A DNA stretch of 46,230 nucleotides, from the sequence record SRR31156797_6322. One strand, given 5' to 3'. Both the position numbers and the translations under genes were made by a program. The notes under the pieces are model-generated. The model was not told the origin of the DNA, searched no databases, and saw only the letters and a program-made list of their open reading frames with translations. The stretch's first letter is position 1; each line of letters opens with the position of its first letter. Positions 35,101 to 42,398 of the stretch are shown piece after piece.

Positions 35101-36716
35101 ATATTGATTTGAATGTGCCCTGGAAGCAATTACACGAATCAGATAAAGAAATAATACTGAACGGAACAGATAATCAGTCCTACAATGCCACCTGGCCATT
35201 CGAGCGGAAAAACAATAAAGGTGAACATCAATTTACTGATATCTGGAAAGGCTTATGCAACCTGATCGAAGAAGAATACAAACTGCATTATCCATCCAGC
35301 AGAGGAAAAAATGCACTGGAACTATTAAGCGATGTGCCCTGTAATACCTGCAAGGGTGACCGGTTAAATCCCAAAATGCTACTTTATACTTTTGAAGGAA
35401 TTCATATTGGTGAAGCCTTAAAAATGACTTTCGTTAAATGGTATCAACTCATGCAAAAGTCATCCATTGAGATAACGACAGCACTTAAGAACCAATTAAC
35501 AGACAAGCTCAAATTCCTGATAGATGCAGGGTTAGGAGAAATACCTTTGGGACATCCGGCACGTTGGCTCTCCACAGGTGAATTGAAATGGATCAAATTG
35601 AGTAGCATTTTATCCTCATCGCTAAGCGGTATGTGCATTATTTTAGATGAACCATCCGCTGGAATGGACGAAAAGGCCAGAGCTCATCTGGTTAAGGCAT
35701 TAAAAAACACAAAAAGTAGAGGCAACACCATTTTAATAAGCGACCATCATAAATCATTAATTGAGGCAGCAGATCAAATCATTGAAATTGGACCAGGAGC
35801 TGGAAAGGAAGGTGGAGAAATTGTTTCAAACATCACACCCGAAGAACTGTTAAAATCTAAAGCTCAAGTAGCTAAAGCAATTACTGCCACTGATTACAAA
35901 AACTACAGGCAAACCATGACCCTTAATTCGAATGGCTTTGAGTTCAATAGACATAAATTTCATGAAAACAGATTAAATTTAATTTGTGGGAAAACAGGTA
36001 GTGGAAAAACTACCCTGTTAAATTCAATCCATGACAACCTATCAACAGAAAGGCCAGTCATAAACATAAAAAGCAAATCTATACAGGGAAATACAAGTAG
36101 CACAGTGGCTACACGTACCTCATTGCTTAATGATTTAAAAAAATACTTCGCAAAACTTGAAGAAGCTCAGAATGACAGTCTAAAACCCACAGATTTTGGG
36201 TTCAACAATAAAAAATCGCAGTGCACAAAATGCAAAGGAAATGGATATGTAAAGGTCTCAATGGACTTTTTACCTGACATCATTGAAGTTTGTGATGAAT
36301 GTGATGGTAAAAGATACAAACAAGAATTACTTCAATATCAATTCAATGAAAAGAATATCGCTCAATGGCTGACGCTAAGTATTGATCAACTTTTAAAACA
36401 TGACTGCTGGTCTGAGAAAACAGTACAAGAGCTACATACTTTGCAACATGTCGGATTATCATATTTACCTGCTGATAGGGAAATATCAACACTCTCAGAT
36501 GGTGAGCAAAGACGATTTGCTTTGGCTGAAGACCTAATCAAGATCAAAAACAAAAAAGCTGTTATCTTATTAGACAACCCTAGTCAAGGACTAGACCCAA
36601 TTAGCATGAAATCATTGATTGAATTATTCAATCGGTTAATTGAGCAGGGACATACCATTATTATGGCAGATGAAGAGCGACTTAAAACTGTTGCGGATTC
36701 AGTTATTCAACTGTAA
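32133..36716 (+). CDS. Internally duplicated UvrA-like ABC ATPase (two UvrA2-type units, four NBDs)
   Basis: GAKENNLKNI; four Walker A motifs (GLSGSGKS, GVSGAGKS, GVSGSGKT, GKTGSGKT); IDQKPIGRTSRSNPATYTG; FSFN..CxxC zinc modules; LSGGEAQRIKLA. The second unit starts near 34518. Confidence 0.88.
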   Translation: MQKIQIFGAKENNLKNIDIDIPHHQLTIITGLSGSGKSSLVRDILQREGQRMYLETLSAYSRSRLGKIRPAKVTDIQGLLPVISIGQTHVQANRRSTAGTFSDISPLFRQLFSRFNDQKEKVLRNSFSFNSEKGWCPHCKGLGIEEYIDIRKLIADPNKSLRKGALVITLPNGYTIYSQVTIGELQKVCSHHGFSVDIPWKSLSKEQQNIILNGSTNVKVLYGKHSFESRMKWTGMTAKPREEGFYKGIIPVMEDILRRDRNDNILKFVSAKTCSACQGEKINEQSRKLTWKGLRYPELEQMSFNQILEQFEKTKTDSKAEYLLVNSIKKQIEKLCTLSVGHISPNRLSETLSQGELRRMRLAQLNHSGLTGILYLFDEPSIGLHIRDVNSLIKTFYNLVNKGNTVIVVEHNDQIIRAAQHLVELGPGAGKYGGEIILNNSLSNIKKQLSKKSLLKEILFPKKNILNNKTPAETTQDTFDINIKNANNIKNQVFQFARNQINVITGVSGAGKSTLITHGLLETKVFEEVIYIDQKPIGRTSRSNPATYTGLFDELRKLFAQTSEAKLNKLKAGHFSFNNKQGQCEACLGTGIIKTGMHIFEDLLQECPVCNGKRYKPEILNIHFENQNIANMLEMSINEAADFFKNNTKIYAYLEILQKLGLGYLHLGQSSTTLSGGEAQRIKLASELYKKTKKESLYILDEPTTGLHNANISMLLDALQELKELGHTIVLVEHDEQIIANADWIVDIGPEGGENGGKMMFCGPYNSFISQHKSPTTKALLSVDSSHKFNNLTVEPSIHLEGISTNNLKGINIHIPAQQFVVFTGVSGSGKTSLLIDTIHAEGQRLFTENMSSYRRLHLKMRSSASLKYTHSIMPTIAITADEQKPDIRSTASSLSGLYDLMRLLYARFATKPDSKTVTAADFSLNNEYAVCQNCEGTGFEKRCLTKQIIIDPDQSVLEGALIDHKTTNYFISPQNKYRWILVAMAKSQNIDLNVPWKQLHESDKEIILNGTDNQSYNATWPFERKNNKGEHQFTDIWKGLCNLIEEEYKLHYPSSRGKNALELLSDVPCNTCKGDRLNPKMLLYTFEGIHIGEALKMTFVKWYQLMQKSSIEITTALKNQLTDKLKFLIDAGLGEIPLGHPARWLSTGELKWIKLSSILSSSLSGMCIILDEPSAGMDEKARAHLVKALKNTKSRGNTILISDHHKSLIEAADQIIEIGPGAGKEGGEIVSNITPEELLKSKAQVAKAITATDYKNYRQTMTLNSNGFEFNRHKFHENRLNLICGKTGSGKTTLLNSIHDNLSTERPVINIKSKSIQGNTSSTVATRTSLLNDLKKYFAKLEEAQNDSLKPTDFGFNNKKSQCTKCKGNGYVKVSMDFLPDIIEVCDECDGKRYKQELLQYQFNEKNIAQWLTLSIDQLLKHDCWSEKTVQELHTLQHVGLSYLPADREISTLSDGEQRRFALAEDLIKIKNKKAVILLDNPSQGLDPISMKSLIELFNRLIEQGHTIIMADEERLKTVADSVIQL

Positions 36717-37275
36717 TTTTATATTTGCTTAATAAACCTAATACAGCGGGAGTTGAAAACTTAGCCCCGTTAATTCTATTTATTTCCGGATCAAAGCTAT
36801 AGCTAAATGCGGTTCGAAAATCTGCATTTTCAAGATTCGTATGTTCAAAAAGCGCATTTTTCAAATCGCAATTATTGAACTGAGTACCTTTAATCTGGGC
36901 ATCAGAAAAATCCACGCCAATCATTTTACAATGATCAAAGTGTAAACTCATCGGTTTTAGTTGATAAAATGAAGAATGATCTAACTGGGAATTCTGAAAA
37001 CGAATACTTAAACTCACCGAATTGCATTCTTCAAATTTAATTCCAACTAATTTGCAACCTAAAAAAGATGCATCATTAAAAGTGGTTTCAAAAAAATTAG
37101 CATTACTAAAATTACAATCCTCAAAACTACACTCCAGAAAGAGAAAACCAGTTAAATCTGAATTTTCAAAGTTGCAGTTTATGAATGTACAATTTTCATA
37201 TTCCTTATAATCAAAAGGTTGCTGTGTAAAATCAATTGATTTATACTCTTTTTCGTAAGCATATGATTGTGACAT
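36703..37275 (-). CDS. Pentapeptide repeat protein
   Basis: Regular (S/C/A)-(D/N/x)-(F/L)-x-x repeats (CTFIN CNFEN SDLTG..VDFSD..CDLKN ALFEH TNLEN ADFRT); overlaps the UvrA-like gene tail-to-tail by 14 bp. Confidence 0.88.
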   Translation of the reverse strand: MSQSYAYEKEYKSIDFTQQPFDYKEYENCTFINCNFENSDLTGFLFLECSFEDCNFSNANFFETTFNDASFLGCKLVGIKFEECNSVSLSIRFQNSQLDHSSFYQLKPMSLHFDHCKMIGVDFSDAQIKGTQFNNCDLKNALFEHTNLENADFRTAFSYSFDPEINRINGAKFSTPAVLGLLSKYKITVE

Positions 37276-37285
37276 ATTTGTAAAA

Positions 37286-39004
37286 TTAGCTTTTAGGAAT
37301 TGTAAAGCTAAAAATACTTCCTTTTTCCGGACTACTCTTCACATTTATTTTCCCGCCGTGCTTTTCAACAAATTCCTTACAAAGCAACAAACCTAATCCG
37401 GTTCCTTGCTCTTTGTTTGTACCCGGAATACTAACTTTCTCTTCAATTTTAAACAATTTATCAATAATCTCGCTTGAAATCCCAATACCTTTATCAATAA
37501 CCTCAAAAGTTGTACTGGCGTTTTCTTGATATACTTTAATAAATACTTCGCCTCCCTGATAGGAATATTTAATGGCATTATTCAATAGATTCCTAAGAAT
37601 TACTACAAGCATATTTTCATCAGCTCTAAGTTCTATATTTTCAGGTATTTCAGTCTTTACTAAAATATTTTTTGAAGATGCAGTGCTTTCCACCTGGTCA
37701 AAAACAGTTTGGAAAATATCTTTCAATATAAGCTCTCTTGGATTAAATGACATCAGACCCGTTTGAGATCTGGACCAATCCAACAGATTCATTAATAATT
37801 TATACGTATTTGATGTGGAACTTTCAATTCGATCAAGGAACTGATAAATTTTCTCTTTATCATAACTCTCGATGTTTTCCTTTAATAGATTCGCATATCC
37901 AAGAATTGATAAAAAAGGATTTTTAAGGTCATGTGCAATAATTTTAAAAAATTTATCTTTTGTAGCATTAGCTTCTCTGAGCTGGTCATTAGTTTCATTT
38001 AATCTTTCATTCGCAACATTAACCTCTTCATACGCCCCGGTGAGCTGATCATTAATTAGCTGAATTTTATCTTCTGCAGCTTTACGCTCGGTAATATCAT
38101 GTATTACAGAAAAAAGTTTAGTTTGATCATTGATCTTAATAGGTGTACTATAAACTTCCACATCACGTATAGCACTATTGGCAAGTTTATGCTTAAAGTT
38201 AAAGTATTTCTTCTTTAGACTCTTTGCCAATTCAATTTCATGCTTTATCTCTTCTTCAGAAAATTGATTTAGATCAGATATTTTCATTTGCTTTAATTGC
38301 CGAATACTATATCTGTAAAAATCAGCAGCCGCTTTATTGGCATTTTCAATTTGTTTAGAATCCGGATCAATTATAAGCATGGCAACTCCACCTTTTTCGA
38401 ATATCTCACGAATTCTATTTTCTGTTTCATTAAGCTCTTTTTGTAGTTTAAGCTCTCTTTGGTATTGCTTTGTTTTGGTCTTATCAACTACAGTACAGCG
38501 CACTAAGTCCTCTTTTAGACTATCGTCAAAATAAGTTTCTGCAACCAGGCTACCAAAGATTAAGTCCTCATTAGCATCTTTAAAAGTAATTTCTCCAAAC
38601 TCACTTTTATCAGATCCAAATACAGCCTTGAAAAAACGTGAAAACTCTACCTTTGAATCATCACACAAATAGGGAAATATAGACGTATATTTAAACTTCT
38701 GAATTGGAATCTTTAGCATGTCTGCAGCAGCATGATTTAATTCAATGATATTGCCTGTTTTATTTAATGTAAAATATGCAACAGGAGCATTCATAAATAA
38801 ATCTTTATAACGCCTGCGTTCATCAACTGTCTTTTGATTGGCCTGAATCAACTCTTTGTTCTGCATCTCAAGTTCAATTTGATGGATGCTGAGCTCTTCA
38901 ATTAATTTCTCTGTATCTTCTACAAAAGAACCGAGATTGCTTCCTTTTTCTTTAAGAAGCTTTTCTGCTCTATCTCTTATTTCTTCTGGTTTATTGCTGC
39001 CCAT
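37286..39004 (-). CDS. Cytoplasmic PAS-PAS sensor histidine kinase
   Basis: ELSIHQIELEMQN coil, two PAS domains (NHAAADML; ANKAAADFY..HDITERK), IIAHDLKNPF, NLLNNAIKYS, DKGIG, GTGLGL; no TM segment. Confidence 0.9.
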   Translation of the reverse strand: MGSNKPEEIRDRAEKLLKEKGSNLGSFVEDTEKLIEELSIHQIELEMQNKELIQANQKTVDERRRYKDLFMNAPVAYFTLNKTGNIIELNHAAADMLKIPIQKFKYTSIFPYLCDDSKVEFSRFFKAVFGSDKSEFGEITFKDANEDLIFGSLVAETYFDDSLKEDLVRCTVVDKTKTKQYQRELKLQKELNETENRIREIFEKGGVAMLIIDPDSKQIENANKAAADFYRYSIRQLKQMKISDLNQFSEEEIKHEIELAKSLKKKYFNFKHKLANSAIRDVEVYSTPIKINDQTKLFSVIHDITERKAAEDKIQLINDQLTGAYEEVNVANERLNETNDQLREANATKDKFFKIIAHDLKNPFLSILGYANLLKENIESYDKEKIYQFLDRIESSTSNTYKLLMNLLDWSRSQTGLMSFNPRELILKDIFQTVFDQVESTASSKNILVKTEIPENIELRADENMLVVILRNLLNNAIKYSYQGGEVFIKVYQENASTTFEVIDKGIGISSEIIDKLFKIEEKVSIPGTNKEQGTGLGLLLCKEFVEKHGGKINVKSSPEKGSIFSFTIPKS

Positions 39005-39174
39005 ATTGTAATAATTTCATATAAACGGATTATAATATGCAAATATCTTATAAAATAACGATTATTATATATAAACTTTTATGCTTAAATCTGAATATCA
39101 AAAAAAATATTGCAAAAATGTACTTATAATCAAGCTGTTTTAATATCAAATATCAAATTTAGTTATATAACAAA

Positions 39175-39205
39175 AAAGCCATTGCCTGGTTTAGGCAATG
39201 GCTTT
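39175..39205 (-). terminator. Intrinsic terminator after the DUF2723 gene
   Basis: 13-bp stem AAAGCCATTGCCT / AGGCAATGGCTTT; the A-run at 39172-39177 gives a U-tract on the minus strand. Confidence 0.8.
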
Positions 39206-39226
39206 AATTATTTCAATAATTGAATT

Positions 39227-42200
39227 CTACAATCTCATCATGCTACGTATTTCTGTAAACTCCTCAATCATCCTCTGATGTTCTTCAGGAAAATCATTAC
39301 GCGTTTTATTGAGTAGTTCCTGCATCAAATATAACTTACGGTAAATCTCCATTTGAGCACTTTCACGTTTTTTTGGAGATAAATTTCTGAACATTTCAAA
39401 CCAATTGTAAATATCTCCTGTTAAATTATCCATCAATGCTTTGGCTTTCTCTTTATCACCTGCATTTAGATAAGCACTGAAAAGATTATGGCCGTCATAA
39501 CTCCATGGAATTTTTTGAGGATTGATAATTTCAATTGTTTTATCTAGTAAAGCAATAGCTTTTTCATTCTCTCCAACTTTTACCAAATCTTTAGCCACTT
39601 CAGCGATCATTGGTCTGTAACCGAAAGAATAGAACATACGCACATTGGTCCAATCCAAGTATATATCATCCATCATACCATTCCATTCGAAATGATTCAT
39701 AACGAGATCATAATTATGGCGGGCATTAGAGAATGATTTATCATTTGTTTTATACGGTAATAACCTATAGAGCATACCTTCTCTATGCACATAAGGCTCT
39801 AAACCAAGGCTGCGTACCATGCTTTTATTCAAGAAATATATTGGACGGCGCCACTCATTATGGGCAATAATATCAAGAATTACTAACTCATCTGCACTAA
39901 TAGCACTTGAGCGTAACGTAAATTCAATTTGTTCAGGTAAAGTATCCCGGTTAAAATCATAACCATCAGCAGTAGCCAGGAAGTTTTCTCTATCAACCGG
40001 CAAGAATAGGTTCTTAACAGGAATATAGTTTCTCATTGAACCATCGCGCATTGGAACCTGTGTATTATCCTTATCACTTTTTACAAACTTCACAACCTGT
40101 AAAGCTGATGCAGGCTTTTTACGCTTTTCAATTACGGGAACCGACATATTTTTACCCATTAGGAAATCATCTCCTCGCATAGTAGTTTCCAAGGCTCCAC
40201 GTTGAGCAAAATTGGTTTCTAACTGACGAATATACCAGTTAGTTGGTAAGAAAGTTTTTAGGATAGGTAGCACATCTAACCTATATTGTTCTACCTCTTG
40301 CATATACCAAATTGGATAAGAATCGTTATCCGCTGCAGTAAACATTACTGCATTTTCTTTACATGAGTTCAACATATTCACCGCATGAGCTCTTGCCAAA
40401 GACCTGCCTGAACGATCATGATCATCATAGTTTTGATATAGAAGATTTACCGGAACTAGTATTCCAATTACAACAAATGATGCAATGGCAAAAACTTTAG
40501 CATTAGCATTGTTTCTTAGCAGCGTAATCAGTTTCAGTGCTCCAAGACCAATCCAAATGGCAAATACATAGAACGATCCCACAAAAGCATAATCCCTTTC
40601 ACGTGGTGTGCGAGGTATTTCATTCAAATAGAACACAATGGCCGCACCTGTAAGTAAGAAAAACAGTGCCACCACGAGAACATTTCGCTTATCGGCTTTC
40701 CATTGTGCAAATATCCCAATCAAACCTATAATTAATGGTAAGAAATAATACTTATTGGATGCAGGATTATCTTTTAAGCTATTTGGCAATTCTTCTTCAG
40801 GAACTAACCTTGCATTGTCGATAAATGGAATACCACTTTGCCAATTCCCATTTAAATTATTTCCTTCTCCCTGAATATTATTTTGTCTTCCCACAAAATT
40901 CCACATAAAATAACGCCCGTACATATAACCCAACTGATAACGGAAGAAAAACTTCAGGTTATCTCCAAATGTCGGAACTGTAATAGTCGTCATTTGCCCA
41001 TCAGCACCGGGTGCTCTCACCTTTCGACCTTTAATATCAACCCATTCTTTGTACAGCTCAGCATGTCCGGGATCGAGACTGGCCATCCTTGGAAAAAATG
41101 TTTTTGTGTTCTCAGCAAATATGTAGTTCGGAACTAATAAATCCTTTTCATACTTACCTTCATATAATTTATATGTATAACGTTGTTCAATATCTACTAT
41201 TGATGAGTTATAGTTATTTCCATAAAATAGTGGACGCTTTGGATACTGTTCACGGTTTAGGTAATCCACCAATCCATAAATATTTTCCACATTATTAATA
41301 TCGATATATGGTTGTGCATTTGACCTGATAATCAATGAAGTAAAAGAACTATACCCAGCAAGCCACAATCCAAAAGCAAGTATCATGAAATGTAAAAGGC
41401 TTTTTGCTTTTTTACGATAATGGTAAACACCATAAATAACTCCACCCAATAAAAGTGTTACAAAAGTAATAGCTCCCGTATACACAGGTAAACCAAAATC
41501 GTTTACAAATAAGCGATCAGTATGTGCAGTTAAGGCTACTACTCCTGGGATAAACCCAAAAATAATAACCACCATCAATAACAATGATATTCCTAAAGAA
41601 ACAATTATACCTGTTGTGTTAGCCTGGTATCTCTTGAAATAAAATACCAACGCCACAGCAGGTAATGCCAGTAGGTTAAGTAAGTGAACACCAACAGACA
41701 ATCCAAGTACAAAGAAAATCAGTAACAACCATCTGTCAGCATATTCTGATTTATCTTCTTCCCATTTTAAAATACTCCAAAATACAGCTGCAGTAAATAA
41801 AGAAGATGTAGCATATACCTCACCTTCTACAGCAGAGAACCAAAATGTATCAGTAAACGCAAAACTTATTGCACCAATAAAAGATGCTAACGTCAATACT
41901 AACTGAAGATAATCTTTTGGAGTATCGGGATTGGTCTTCTGCATTATCTTGTTTCCAAACCAATAAATGGTATGATAAAGGAAAAATATGGTAAATGCAC
42001 TGGCCATTACAGAAAGTAAATTAACCATAAAAGCTATTTCTGTAACCGAAGGGGCAAAAAGTGCAAAGAAACGTCCAAGCAGCATAAATAATGGTGCTCC
42101 CGGAGCGTGACCAACTTCCAAACCAGCTGCTACTGCAATAAATTCACTACAGTCCCACATACTGGTGGTAGGCTCTACGGTTAACAAATAAACTACGAAT

Positions 42201-42241
42201 GAAATAACTAGTGCTAAAAATCCTCCTACTTTGCGCGTCAT
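39227..42241 (-). CDS. DUF2723 (TMEM260-like, GT-C fold) membrane glycosyltransferase
   Basis: YLLTVEPTTSMWDCSEFI..EVGHAPGAPLF, FWFSAVEGEVY, GVHLLNLL, YLNREQY, RYFMWNF, RERDY, DDHDRS, DNDSYP; many TM helices. Confidence 0.85.
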   Translation of the reverse strand: MTRKVGGFLALVISFVVYLLTVEPTTSMWDCSEFIAVAAGLEVGHAPGAPLFMLLGRFFALFAPSVTEIAFMVNLLSVMASAFTIFFLYHTIYWFGNKIMQKTNPDTPKDYLQLVLTLASFIGAISFAFTDTFWFSAVEGEVYATSSLFTAAVFWSILKWEEDKSEYADRWLLLIFFVLGLSVGVHLLNLLALPAVALVFYFKRYQANTTGIIVSLGISLLLMVVIIFGFIPGVVALTAHTDRLFVNDFGLPVYTGAITFVTLLLGGVIYGVYHYRKKAKSLLHFMILAFGLWLAGYSSFTSLIIRSNAQPYIDINNVENIYGLVDYLNREQYPKRPLFYGNNYNSSIVDIEQRYTYKLYEGKYEKDLLVPNYIFAENTKTFFPRMASLDPGHAELYKEWVDIKGRKVRAPGADGQMTTITVPTFGDNLKFFFRYQLGYMYGRYFMWNFVGRQNNIQGEGNNLNGNWQSGIPFIDNARLVPEEELPNSLKDNPASNKYYFLPLIIGLIGIFAQWKADKRNVLVVALFFLLTGAAIVFYLNEIPRTPRERDYAFVGSFYVFAIWIGLGALKLITLLRNNANAKVFAIASFVVIGILVPVNLLYQNYDDHDRSGRSLARAHAVNMLNSCKENAVMFTAADNDSYPIWYMQEVEQYRLDVLPILKTFLPTNWYIRQLETNFAQRGALETTMRGDDFLMGKNMSVPVIEKRKKPASALQVVKFVKSDKDNTQVPMRDGSMRNYIPVKNLFLPVDRENFLATADGYDFNRDTLPEQIEFTLRSSAISADELVILDIIAHNEWRRPIYFLNKSMVRSLGLEPYVHREGMLYRLLPYKTNDKSFSNARHNYDLVMNHFEWNGMMDDIYLDWTNVRMFYSFGYRPMIAEVAKDLVKVGENEKAIALLDKTIEIINPQKIPWSYDGHNLFSAYLNAGDKEKAKALMDNLTGDIYNWFEMFRNLSPKKRESAQMEIYRKLYLMQELLNKTRNDFPEEHQRMIEEFTEIRSMMRL

Positions 42242-42265
42242 AATCCTGAATTTGAATATTTACTG

Positions 42266-42273
42266 CAAAAATA
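42266..42273 (-). promoter_or_regulatory. Bacteroidota -7 element
   Basis: TATTTTTG on the minus strand, 24 nt upstream of the ATG at 42241. Confidence 0.55.
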
Positions 42274-42398
42274 AAAGGTATATTGGAAGTTAAGGTAAAA
42301 GAAGCATTGTTTTTTAACTAAGATTTAACCTAACCACTACTACAATTTACATAAAATCAATTACCAGTAAGGGTTAACGCTTCTTTTACATAATGTCT

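Noticed and set aside
32133-36716. Canonical NER uvrA, or an assembly artefact joining two genes
   Set aside because: The UvrB-binding region appears absent, the two halves are highly diverged rather than identical, and the frame is continuous across the junction.
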